Below, piece after piece: positions 16,093 through 25,334 of a stretch of 64,000 nt of DNA. The DNA is from an uncultured Pseudomonadota bacterium (GTDB lineage Bacteria > Babelota > Babeliae > Babelales > RVW-14), in NCBI GenBank assembly GCA_964493325.1, contig CAZBMD010000009.1, positions 1,121 to 65,120 of the forward strand, given 5' to 3'. The notes beneath the pieces were generated by a model. That model searched no databases and was not told the DNA's origin. It saw nothing but the letters and a program-made list of their open reading frames with translations. A program made the position numbers and the translations under genes. The stretch's first letter is position 1, and every line of letters begins with the position of its first letter.

Positions 16093-16907
16093 TGATTGCA
16101 ATTATCGCGGGCACGGGCGATCTTCCTGTCGAAGCAAGCAAAGCACTTTTAGAGCGCAATGACCCATTTTTTGTCATTGCGCTTTTCCCTGAAAACAATC
16201 TTGTAGCGCTCCAAAATATCCTGCAGGACAAGGCTGAAGTTATTGCTCAAGAGGTTTACAAGGTTGGTCAGATTCTTAAACTGCTTGAATCAAAAAAAAC
16301 CTCTCAATTATTGATGATTGGCAAGGTAGATAAAAGTAACCTCTTTCATCACCTCAAGCTTGATTGGCTTGCTATCAAAATACTGGCATCCCTTGTGGGC
16401 AAAAACGACGCAGCTATCATGGAGCGCATCGTTAGTGAATTTACCAGCAGAGGTATAGAAGTTTTGCGTCAGGACGACGTTCTTGGCAGCCTTCTTGTTC
16501 CTCCTGGCATTCTCACAGGATCTGTAGATGTAGCCCTGCAGCAAGATATTGATTACGGCATTAAAACAGCAATTGCATTGTCCCGCATTGATGTTGGGCA
16601 AACTGTTGTTATCAAAGACAAAATGATCATGGCCGTAGAAGCCATAGAAGGGACTGATGCCTGCATTCGTCGCGGTATTGATCTTGGAAAAAATGATATT
16701 GTTGTTTGCAAAGCAGCACAAAAATTTCACAATACCAAGTTTGACCTGCCAACCCTAGGACCATCATCGCTTGCAAACCTGCAACCGGGAGAGATTAAGG
16801 CTATCGCTTGGTTATCTTCTCACACTCTTATTGTTAAAAAAGAGGCGTTTGTTGCTCGAGCGCGCGAACTTGGTATCACGCTTATTTCTGTTGCAAGCTC
16901 AAACTAA
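16092..16907 (+). CDS. lpxI: UDP-2,3-diacylglucosamine pyrophosphatase LpxI (DUF1009 family)
   Basis: MIAIIAGTGDLPVEA...LLMIGKVDK...DVGQTVVIKDKMIMAVEAIEGTDACIRRG...FDLPTLGPSSL. The start overlaps the upstream stop (TAATG). Confidence 0.8.
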   Translation: MIAIIAGTGDLPVEASKALLERNDPFFVIALFPENNLVALQNILQDKAEVIAQEVYKVGQILKLLESKKTSQLLMIGKVDKSNLFHHLKLDWLAIKILASLVGKNDAAIMERIVSEFTSRGIEVLRQDDVLGSLLVPPGILTGSVDVALQQDIDYGIKTAIALSRIDVGQTVVIKDKMIMAVEAIEGTDACIRRGIDLGKNDIVVCKAAQKFHNTKFDLPTLGPSSLANLQPGEIKAIAWLSSHTLIVKKEAFVARARELGITLISVASSN

Positions 16908-17026
16908 AACAATACTCCTCCCCTTTTATTCACACCCTTGTGCTCATTCCAATTTGCTTTAGACTTGAAAGTGCACGCGAAGTTGCACCAGTTTTTGCTC
17001 ATTAAAAAATTGAGAAAGGTGAATTT

Positions 17027-17563
17027 ATGAAGGATGCCATCCAAATTATCACGCTTCCGCCATCACGATGGCGCGAATATAAAACACTCCGATTACACGC
17101 AATCATGCAAGACCCGTATGCGTTTGAACGAACATACGATGAAGATGCAGCGCTCCCCGATAGTGCATGGAAGCAAAGCTTGCGTGACGCCCAAGACGGC
17201 AAAAATCACTATCTTTTATTTGCAGAACACTCAGGAATTTTAGTCGGCATGGCAGAAGCTCTTGTTGAAGACAACAAGATTACACAACATAGAGCGCGCG
17301 TTATTTCAGTCTATGTTTTGCTCGAAGCTCAGAAAAAGAGTCTGGGGAAAATGCTAATGACTGCTTTACTTGAAAAACTTGAGCAAGACCAACGCATCAC
17401 GCTTGCAACGCTTCTGGTTAATGAACAGCAACTTGAAGCAATAAAATTGTATGAGTCTGCAGGATTTAAATCGATTGGCACTATTGAACAAGCGCTCTGT
17501 TTTAATGGCGAGTGCCATAATTCTGCACTGATGACAAAGGTTTTAAAGGTTACAGCTCCGTAG
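17027..17563 (+). CDS. GNAT-family N-acetyltransferase
   Basis: 178 aa following a GAGAAAGG RBS. The acetyl-CoA motif region is VISVYVLLEAQKKSLGKMLMTALLEKL, and YESAGFKSIG lies near the C-terminus. Confidence 0.75.
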   Translation: MKDAIQIITLPPSRWREYKTLRLHAIMQDPYAFERTYDEDAALPDSAWKQSLRDAQDGKNHYLLFAEHSGILVGMAEALVEDNKITQHRARVISVYVLLEAQKKSLGKMLMTALLEKLEQDQRITLATLLVNEQQLEAIKLYESAGFKSIGTIEQALCFNGECHNSALMTKVLKVTAP

Positions 17564-17572
17564 TATCAAATT

Positions 17573-17611
17573 AAAAAGAGCTGCTTTGAAATAATCAAAG
17601 CAGCTCTTTTT
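17573..17611. terminator. Bidirectional rho-independent terminator
   Basis: AAAAAGAGCTGCTTTGA-aataa-TCAAAGCAGCTCTTTTT, a 17-bp stem with a T tail on the plus side and an A run read as T on the minus side. It lies between convergent stops at 17563 and 17631. Confidence 0.85.
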
Positions 17612-17630
17612 TTATTTTATTTTTTTAATA

Positions 17631-20132
17631 TCAAGCAAACCAACCTGTTACTTTTTTTATTCCAACTGCATCTGCTAATCGAGCATACCACGGACCTTTT
17701 TGGCCTTCTGGCAAACCACCTCGTGACCAAAAATAATTAGTTGCTACCGCCTCTGTAACAACACCTCCAATCCATTCACCACACATGCCAGCCAAATTTG
17801 CACGAATCGCATTCATGATATTATCGATCACCAAAGCAATGTCCTCAGGGTCTCGCTCAAATGTACGAAGAATTTTTAGAGCCTCATGCATGGTAAGCAT
17901 TTTTAAAGAGGTAGTTCCTGGAATGGGATTAACCAAATGATTAATTGCAAAATAAAGAAGAGAGCGATTTTGTTCAATTGGGTCAACAGTATCACTCTCA
18001 ACGTAACCTCGAAGCTTGAGCTGCGCAATTATTGACTCTCTCATCGGTGAATTTATATCAAAGCACTCAAGCAAAATCGCCTTGATTTCATTAAGAGTAT
18101 CTTCAAATTCAGCAGAAAGCTCTTTTTTAGAATCATAATAATCATCAAGGGTGTCTGGAGAAATTAACCAAAATGCTTCAAGAATTTCAAATAAGACATC
18201 TGCTCCCATTGAGAGTGTAGAACCGATTGCTTTTTCATAGCGATGAAATGCTTTTCTACCCCAAAACCCACCAACACTGGTCGCCGTATAACTAAGTAAT
18301 TTTTGTTGAAAATACAGCTTAAACAAATTATCAGTAGGATGGGTTCCTAGCCATAATTGTTTATTCTCCTCATCTGAGTAATAGTTTTCCAAATTTTTCC
18401 CAAATGAATATTCAAAGGTATTTTGGAATATGTCTATCGATTTTATTTCTGCTACATTATTTACCCAAGGAACATTATTTTTGGCAACCGTTTCTAAAAG
18501 CAAAAAATCTAGAAGCGAAGAGGCTACAAGATTGACTATTTCTGGCTTAAGTACACCCATTGAATAATCATAGGCTATAGCTATATTTTTTGTCTTAATA
18601 CTTTTCTTGACAGCAGATTCTGCAAAATCACTCAAATAGTCTTTACCTTGGTAAATAGCATAAACAATCGCTCTTCGCATGTGTTTATCTTTGTTTGGCC
18701 AATCAAGAAGATCAACTTTTTCATCATTCATATATCGTTCAACTATATGATAATAAAACCAGGCAGTCCCTATTTTTTCTAGAACACGCACAAAACGACC
18801 TGGGCGACGAACATATGCTTTTGGATTAAATAAAATTGGTAATGCTTGCGCTGCTGCCATAATATTGAGTTGTAGAAGCATATGGTGATCAAGAGGTTTT
18901 ATTAATGGCTGCGCGCCAATTAATCGAGTAAAAAGCTGCGTATTCATTAAATCAGTACGCTGATTAAAAAACATCCAGCCTGATAATGCACCAGAAAATA
19001 TCCAATCAGCGATATACAATTTTGATGTCCGGTCAACTTTTTTGCCTTCCATGCACAAATCATAAAAGCCATGCCCAACGTAATATCCATAGGTAATCAT
19101 CTTAAAAATAGTATACCGATCATTAGTCACTGTCACATCTGCATTATTCTTGATACGCTCAAAAGCAGCAAGAGCATTTGTATATCGCTTGAAGATTTTA
19201 AGAAAAAATTCGCACGCATTACGCAGTTCAACATCTCCGGAACCATCGCATTCAAGGCTTTTTTGTTCCAAAAACGTCACCATGCCTTTGATCTTGCCAT
19301 GCATAGCCTCAAACTCTTCATTAACCAGATCAAGCATAAGCTCAGAAAGCCGATTACTATTTTTTTCGTATGTTGCTTGTAAAAAAGTTCTAAAGGTTTT
19401 TAGTTCATTACAAAAGGCAAGATCAGGAGCTTCTTGAGTACAAAGCTGCTCTTCCAGAACAATAAGCATATCAAGCATTGCCTTGAGATCATCGCGAGAA
19501 AGATACAGAATTGGCATCATCATACCCTGAAGCATCTGCTGGGCCTGCGCAGTTAAATTGGCCATCTGCTCTGGGCCACCCGGCTTTAATATCGCATCGT
19601 CGGCACCCTGGAGCAACATCATAAAGCTACCGTTCATGAGCGACTGATGGCAAGCGGCAAGAAGATTAAGAAGCTTCTTTTTTGCTTCACCTTCGAGAGA
19701 AGGAAGGCCTGGGTTTCTAATTATATACTGCAAGGCATTCTCGCAATGAGCACCAATAACTGCAGTGATATTCATAGATCCAATTATATCTTCATATAAT
19801 TTTTCTGTTTCCAACAGAACATCACGATAATCGCTTGGCAGCAATTGTAAATTTTTCTCACGCGCACGAATAAATTTTTGCTGATTTTCTCTAAAAAGTA
19901 TGGTTAAAAATTCTTTCAGATCAGCTTCGTTCTGATCATCACTTTTTGCTAAAAAAGCATTCAACATGTTCTGTAGAGCAATTTCGGCGCTATTTTCTTC
20001 TTCTTGTTCTGTTTTACTTGGGGTATCCTGCACGGCATCTGCTAGGCCGAAAATGGGACCTTGCATTAATAAGCTAAAAACACACAAAAATATAGATAAA
20101 AACCGCAATCTTGCTGTGACATATATTGTCAT
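17631..20132 (-). CDS. Large orphan membrane/secreted protein (833 aa)
   Basis: Strong AAGGAG RBS 4 nt before the ATG. N-terminal hydrophobic segment (LRFLSIFLCVFSLLMQGPIFGLA), an acidic linker, a long helical region, and internal hydrophobic stretches (IADWIFSGALSGWMFF). I recognise no family motifs. Confidence 0.7.
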   Translation of the reverse strand: MTIYVTARLRFLSIFLCVFSLLMQGPIFGLADAVQDTPSKTEQEEENSAEIALQNMLNAFLAKSDDQNEADLKEFLTILFRENQQKFIRAREKNLQLLPSDYRDVLLETEKLYEDIIGSMNITAVIGAHCENALQYIIRNPGLPSLEGEAKKKLLNLLAACHQSLMNGSFMMLLQGADDAILKPGGPEQMANLTAQAQQMLQGMMMPILYLSRDDLKAMLDMLIVLEEQLCTQEAPDLAFCNELKTFRTFLQATYEKNSNRLSELMLDLVNEEFEAMHGKIKGMVTFLEQKSLECDGSGDVELRNACEFFLKIFKRYTNALAAFERIKNNADVTVTNDRYTIFKMITYGYYVGHGFYDLCMEGKKVDRTSKLYIADWIFSGALSGWMFFNQRTDLMNTQLFTRLIGAQPLIKPLDHHMLLQLNIMAAAQALPILFNPKAYVRRPGRFVRVLEKIGTAWFYYHIVERYMNDEKVDLLDWPNKDKHMRRAIVYAIYQGKDYLSDFAESAVKKSIKTKNIAIAYDYSMGVLKPEIVNLVASSLLDFLLLETVAKNNVPWVNNVAEIKSIDIFQNTFEYSFGKNLENYYSDEENKQLWLGTHPTDNLFKLYFQQKLLSYTATSVGGFWGRKAFHRYEKAIGSTLSMGADVLFEILEAFWLISPDTLDDYYDSKKELSAEFEDTLNEIKAILLECFDINSPMRESIIAQLKLRGYVESDTVDPIEQNRSLLYFAINHLVNPIPGTTSLKMLTMHEALKILRTFERDPEDIALVIDNIMNAIRANLAGMCGEWIGGVVTEAVATNYFWSRGGLPEGQKGPWYARLADAVGIKKVTGWFA

Positions 20133-20362
20133 AAAACTCCTTATGTGCTATCCCCGCGCGATTCTTCTTCCGAGAGAAAAACGCCAATGTACAAACAATA
20201 GTATGAGTTTTTTTCTGGCTTTTTAGGCGCAAAAAAATTCGCAAAGTTAAGTATGCCATTGAGCAGGGCTATGTCAAGGTAAACATCATAAGAGAATTTG
20301 ATTCATCAATACGCAATAAGTCTATTTAATAACAACTCTTAATGCGTATTTTTTAATTGAAA

Positions 20363-21475
20363 TTAATTAATGCGAATGGAGCGAATTGCATTGACAATAA
20401 ATCCAATCATGCAAAGTAAACTTATCAAAGCAGTTCCCCCGTAACTGATAAACGGCAAGCTCAACCCCTTGGTTGGCACCACACCCGTTGTAACCATCAA
20501 ATTGATGGCTGCCTGAATACTAATGAATAAAATGAAGCCCAGGCTGGTAAAAAAAGTAAACATATCATCAATGCGCAAAATAAGACGCAAGCCATAAAAA
20601 CAAAAAAGAGCATACATCACAACAATACTCACCGCCCCAACAAAGCCAGTTTCTTCGGCAATAATTGAAAAGATAAAATCAGTATGCTGCATCGGCAGAT
20701 AGAAAAATTTTTGCTTTGAATTAGAGACCCCAAGCCCCCACGTTTGTCCCGAGCCAATGGCTATCAGCGACTGAATAATCTGAAAGCCTCGCCCCTGTGG
20801 GTCACTCCATGGATTGAGAAAAATTAAAATTCTATTCATGCGGTAGGCCTTGCTCATAATTAAAAAAGCTACCGCAGGGAGTGACAGGGCAACCGTATAA
20901 AAAAGGTGTACCGGTCTAAATTGCGCAACAAAGAACAAGCCAAAGGCTACTGATAATATAGTTACAACCGACCCAAAGTCTGGCTGTTTTAAAAGAACCG
21001 CTGAAACTATTCCCAAAATCGCAAGAAAAGGAAAGTACCCCCGCCAAAATGATTTAAGCCCATGCTGCTTTTTTTCTAAAAAAAACCCAAGGTACATGAA
21101 TAAAAAAAGTTTTAAAAGCTCACTTGGCTGCATGCTTATGCCGCCAATCGAAAGCCAGCGGTTGGAACCATGCATCTTGAGCCCAAATGCAGGAACGAAA
21201 GTAAGACAGGTCAGACCAAGCGAAAATAGAAAAAGGTAAGGCGAGAGACGACGCCACCACAACAAAGGGACCGTTGCAAAAATACAAAAACCACAAAGCC
21301 CCATGCCAAAATAGAATGCATGTTTTTTGAGAAAATAATGAGCAGATCCAAATTTTTCTAGAGCGAATACAGCGCTTGAAGAATAAACAAAAACAAACCC
21401 AACCAAGAGCAGCAGCATAACAATTGACAAGAAAATACGTAGATCAGCTTTGACTTTACGATACGGCAATTCCAT
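20363..21475 (-). CDS. ftsW: SEDS-family peptidoglycan glycosyltransferase FtsW (FtsW/RodA family)
   Basis: Polytopic 370-aa protein with QPSELLKLFLFMYL, PDFGS, SNSKQKFFYLPMQHTDFIFSIIAEETGFVG and VPTKGLSLPFISYGGT. It lies directly downstream of murD. Confidence 0.88.
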   Translation of the reverse strand: MELPYRKVKADLRIFLSIVMLLLLVGFVFVYSSSAVFALEKFGSAHYFLKKHAFYFGMGLCGFCIFATVPLLWWRRLSPYLFLFSLGLTCLTFVPAFGLKMHGSNRWLSIGGISMQPSELLKLFLFMYLGFFLEKKQHGLKSFWRGYFPFLAILGIVSAVLLKQPDFGSVVTILSVAFGLFFVAQFRPVHLFYTVALSLPAVAFLIMSKAYRMNRILIFLNPWSDPQGRGFQIIQSLIAIGSGQTWGLGVSNSKQKFFYLPMQHTDFIFSIIAEETGFVGAVSIVVMYALFCFYGLRLILRIDDMFTFFTSLGFILFISIQAAINLMVTTGVVPTKGLSLPFISYGGTALISLLCMIGFIVNAIRSIRIN

Positions 21476-21522
21476 AACGCAGCACCTCTTTGGTAAAAAA
21501 ACTTAGAAACATATCAGTCTTT

Positions 21523-23004
21523 TTACTGTACCGTAGGCATGGAACTCAGAACAAGCTCTTGAAAAATTTTTCCACGCTGTTTGTAATCTTTGAATAAATC
21601 AAAACTTGCACCACTTGGCGAAAAAAGAACAATGTCGCCTGCCACGGCTGTAATCTTGACATCTGCAACAATTTCATCAAGCGTTTCGAAATAATTAAAA
21701 GAGGAAAAATCGGCACAATCTTTGCCAAAACAGTAGATTTTTTTGATAGCTGCTTGCTGCTTTAAAAATTCGGCAAGAACAGAACGATTAACCCCTTTAC
21801 TTAGGCCTCCCAAAATGAGAATAAGCGGCCTATGTAAAGCTGCAAGTTTTTGAACCGCAGCCTGTGTTGCTTGCACAACTGTTGATTTGGAATCATCGTA
21901 AAAATCGATATTGTTGATTGATGCAAAATGTTCTACACGATGATGATGATTTGAAAGACCTTCAATGAGGTCATGGTGTTGCCGTAAAAAAAATTTAATA
22001 ATCGCTACAGGCATCCCAGCTGCATTCAACGCCGCAATCACCTGAAGCCAATTTTGTACAAATGTTATCGAGGACAAATCATCAACCGCCATAATTTTGT
22101 GGCACTGCTTAGTTACATAATCACGCAGAACAACCCAACCTTGCTGAACAAAAATCAACTTTATATTCGGCTGATATTCAAGAATGTTTTCTAAATTTTC
22201 ATCGGTTAGACTCGTTACAATAAGAGTACTTTTTAAATGTGGTAACTTTTCATAAAACAACGCCCCAACTTCGCCTTTTAAAATATCTGCAGCAATAATC
22301 GCAGCACTTCCTTCTCGCTGATGAGCAAAAAGTGCAAATTTTGCTTGAAAATAATTTTGCATTGTTTGATGACGATCAAGGTGATTGGGATACAAATTGG
22401 TCCACACAGCAATATCAGGAGCGCATCGATTGCTCAATTCAAGTTGCCAACTTGAAAGCTCAAGAACTGCGCATGCATATTTATCATCTTCAGCTGCAAG
22501 ATCGAGCATCGCTGTACCAATATTACCGCCCACAGCAACCGTACATTGTTGTGAATTTTGAGAACAAACCAGAGAAGCAAAGCGCTCTTTGCAAGCAAGC
22601 GGCAATAGCTCGCCAATCAATTTTGTTGTCGTAGTCTTTCCCAGTGTTCCGGTGACAGCAAAAAGAGGCTTTTTAAAAAATAGGCTAAAAAAATCAAGCT
22701 CACATAACATTTTATTGGAAAACTGTAGAAACGCATTGATGTTGATACCCGGACTGGGAATGATAATATCGCATGAAGTGAAAAACTGCTCAAGCGATGC
22801 TTGGCTCGCCTGGACAATACATGCTCCTTGTTCTTGAATTATGTCACGTTCGGCATCATCCAGCAATCTTGAGTCCCAAACGTAACAGGTAAAATTGGGA
22901 AGCAACCCCAGAATAGCCATGCGCTTATCGCAACGATGCTGTGTAAGAAATGAAAGAACCGATTTCCCGACAATGCCAAAACCGACAATCCCAACTTTTT
23001 GCAT
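21523..23004 (-). CDS. murD: UDP-N-acetylmuramoyl-L-alanine--D-glutamate ligase MurD
   Basis: N-terminal Rossmann VGIVGFGIVGKS, P-loop VTGTLGKTTTTKLIGELL, a Mur-ligase central domain, and a C-terminal LSPSGASFDLFKDYKQRGKIF-like motif. The ATG at 23004 follows GGAG; the track ORF starts at a TTG at 23010. Confidence 0.88.
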   Translation of the reverse strand: MQKVGIVGFGIVGKSVLSFLTQHRCDKRMAILGLLPNFTCYVWDSRLLDDAERDIIQEQGACIVQASQASLEQFFTSCDIIIPSPGININAFLQFSNKMLCELDFFSLFFKKPLFAVTGTLGKTTTTKLIGELLPLACKERFASLVCSQNSQQCTVAVGGNIGTAMLDLAAEDDKYACAVLELSSWQLELSNRCAPDIAVWTNLYPNHLDRHQTMQNYFQAKFALFAHQREGSAAIIAADILKGEVGALFYEKLPHLKSTLIVTSLTDENLENILEYQPNIKLIFVQQGWVVLRDYVTKQCHKIMAVDDLSSITFVQNWLQVIAALNAAGMPVAIIKFFLRQHHDLIEGLSNHHHRVEHFASINNIDFYDDSKSTVVQATQAAVQKLAALHRPLILILGGLSKGVNRSVLAEFLKQQAAIKKIYCFGKDCADFSSFNYFETLDEIVADVKITAVAGDIVLFSPSGASFDLFKDYKQRGKIFQELVLSSMPTVQ

Positions 23005-23023
23005 GCACAATCTCCAGCTAAAT

Positions 23024-24475
23024 TTATAGAGTCCTACTCATTGCGCTGATCGTCCGAGTTGTTGATTTTCCAGGCACCAAATCAATGATATGCACCGATC
23101 CACCAAGTCCTGTAACAAAATCATGTCCCACAATTGTTTCTGGAACATAATCTCCTCCCTTGACCAAAATATCTGGACGCAGGTATTCGATAAGCTCTAG
23201 AGGAGTATCTTGACCAAATGAAACCACAAAATCAACCATATCCAGGGCTGACACCATTGCAGCTCTTTCTGCAAGGTCATTCACCGGACGCTGTGAACCC
23301 TTAAGTCTTTTAACTGAATCATCGGTATTTAAGGCAACAACTAAGATGTCGCCTAAACGTTTTGCTTCACGTAAAACATGAACATGTCCAGAGTGCAAAA
23401 TATCAAAACAACCATTAGTCAAAACCATTTTCTTGCCATCTGCACGCAACCAATCTAATTCTATTTTTAGTTGAGCCCAGTCAGAAAAAACTTTTTTTGT
23501 CGACTCTGCATGAGTGTCAAGTAATTCTTCAAGACTAACCGCATACGTCTTGAGATGCGAAACAGCAACTGCTGCAGCCGCATTGGCAAGCTTGAGACAA
23601 TCTTCAATAGGTAATGCAGAAACAAACCCAATCGCCAAAAATGCACACACCGTATCACCCGCTCCCGTGATGTCATAAACCTCTTTTTGAACAGCAGGCG
23701 AAATAATATGCTGCGTTTGCGAGACAAATTGCATACCCTGCTCTCCCTGAGTAATAATAATGCCCTTGAGAGAAAGCAGAGAGCAAATTGCTCGAGCATT
23801 GCTAACCAAATCATGAAACGGGAACAGGCCATGGGCTTCGAGCAGCTGATTAAATTCTTTTAAGTTTGGCTTAAGGTAATCAACACCATAATATTTCCCA
23901 AAATGAGGCCCTTTTGGATCAACCAAAATGATGCACCCAAGCTCTCGAGCCTTTTCGACCACGTGAGCAACAACGGCCGGCGTCACAACACCTTTAGCGT
24001 AATCTGATATCAGAACAATGCTCCCTGGAACCATTAATTTATTGATACGACTAATAATTTCTTTAAATTCCCAATCGTTTAATTCAAAATCATCTTCGGC
24101 ATCAACACGCAACATCTGATTACTTTTTGCAATCAATCTCTTTTTACTTGTTGTTGATCGATAGGGGCTTTTGATCAAACCTTCATGCGAGATTTTTAAA
24201 TCATCAAGCATGGACACAATAGCTACGCCCTCTTTATCACAGTCTCCAACAAGGCCAACCAATTGGACATTAAATCCAATATGTTTACAATTGCCAGCAA
24301 CGTTAGCAGCGCCACCAAGAGAGCGATCGCATTTTTGTATTTTTATAACAGGAACCGGAGCTTCTGGCGAAATACGACTAACATCACCAAAAAGATACTC
24401 ATCCAAAATGATATCGCCGATAATCAGTACATCTTTGGTATCGCTCGATTTCAAATAATTTATTATTTTTTTCAT
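23024..24475 (-). CDS. hldE: Bifunctional D-beta-D-heptose 7-phosphate kinase / D-beta-D-heptose 1-phosphate adenylyltransferase HldE (RfaE)
   Basis: The N-terminal ribokinase-like domain has VLIIGDIILDEYLFGDVSRISPEAPVPV and DITGAGDT. The C-terminal cytidylyltransferase domain has VLTNGCFDILHSGHVHVLREAKRLGD...SIVGHD-like motifs. Confidence 0.92.
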   Translation of the reverse strand: MKKIINYLKSSDTKDVLIIGDIILDEYLFGDVSRISPEAPVPVIKIQKCDRSLGGAANVAGNCKHIGFNVQLVGLVGDCDKEGVAIVSMLDDLKISHEGLIKSPYRSTTSKKRLIAKSNQMLRVDAEDDFELNDWEFKEIISRINKLMVPGSIVLISDYAKGVVTPAVVAHVVEKARELGCIILVDPKGPHFGKYYGVDYLKPNLKEFNQLLEAHGLFPFHDLVSNARAICSLLSLKGIIITQGEQGMQFVSQTQHIISPAVQKEVYDITGAGDTVCAFLAIGFVSALPIEDCLKLANAAAAVAVSHLKTYAVSLEELLDTHAESTKKVFSDWAQLKIELDWLRADGKKMVLTNGCFDILHSGHVHVLREAKRLGDILVVALNTDDSVKRLKGSQRPVNDLAERAAMVSALDMVDFVVSFGQDTPLELIEYLRPDILVKGGDYVPETIVGHDFVTGLGGSVHIIDLVPGKSTTRTISAMSRTL

Positions 24476-24620
24476 GTCATAACCCTAAAGGTGAGAGAAT
24501 TTCGTGATAAAGATCAGAATTTCCCGATATTGTTGCCGCAAAGAAGGCAATTCAGTATGGTGGTAACTACTTGTGGCAATGATACTCAAATTTAATTAAA
24601 TGAGCAAAGGAGAAAAACGT

Positions 24621-25250
24621 ATGAAATTTCAGATTTCTTACAACACGACAGATCTTGCGCAAGCTTTGGATCTTGCAAAAAAAACCGCAGAATACGCAGA
24701 TATCTTAGGAATCGGATCACTCCTCCTACTCAAAGAAGGCGTGAATGCAATAAAAGTTTTTAAACAAACTTTTCCGAACAAAGAATTATTTGCAGAAGCA
24801 AAAATAATTGAAAAAGCTGATGATGCTGTTACCATTCTTTCTCAAGCTGGCGCTAACTATGTTTCTATTCTTGCCGGCAGCTTTCATGTCACCATCAAAA
24901 AGGCAGTGGTAGCTGCAAAAGCATTTGATACTAAAATTATTTTTGATTTATTTGATGCGCAAGCATCTGGACAATCAGCTGCTGATGCAAGAGCGCTTGG
25001 CGTTCATGCAATCATGCTCCATCGCACTCCCGCCGTTGATGAAATGGTTGAAGCAGAAAATGAATGGCGCAATGTTCGCGACAACACCACACTTCCTCTG
25101 TTTGTAACAGGAAAAATAGATCTTTCAAATATCAACCACCTACTTGCTCTAAAGCCACAAACAGTGATGATTGGTTCGGCAATTAGTAAGGCGAATGATC
25201 CAGCAAAAACTGCCGCTCAGTTCAGAGAACTGATAAGTGGAAAAGAATAA
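24621..25250 (+). CDS. 3-hexulose-6-phosphate synthase / KGPDC-like (OMPDC-suprafamily) barrel protein, divergent
   Basis: AAGGAG lies 9 nt before the ATG at 24621. MKFQISYNTTDLAQALDLAKKTAEYADILGIGSLLLLKEGVNAIKVFKQTFPNKELFAEAKIIEKAD aligns with HPS MKLQVAIDLL..ALELA.KVAEYVDIIELGTPLI...FADMKTMDAG. Several catalytic or metal positions differ (see findings). Confidence 0.65.
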   Translation: MKFQISYNTTDLAQALDLAKKTAEYADILGIGSLLLLKEGVNAIKVFKQTFPNKELFAEAKIIEKADDAVTILSQAGANYVSILAGSFHVTIKKAVVAAKAFDTKIIFDLFDAQASGQSAADARALGVHAIMLHRTPAVDEMVEAENEWRNVRDNTTLPLFVTGKIDLSNINHLLALKPQTVMIGSAISKANDPAKTAAQFRELISGKE

Positions 25251-25334
25251 TCTGCTGCTCTCTACCAATTTTTTTTAAATTGATGCACTAAAAATGATGA
25301 TGACAAAGATAGCAACCCATCAACAAAACTATTA

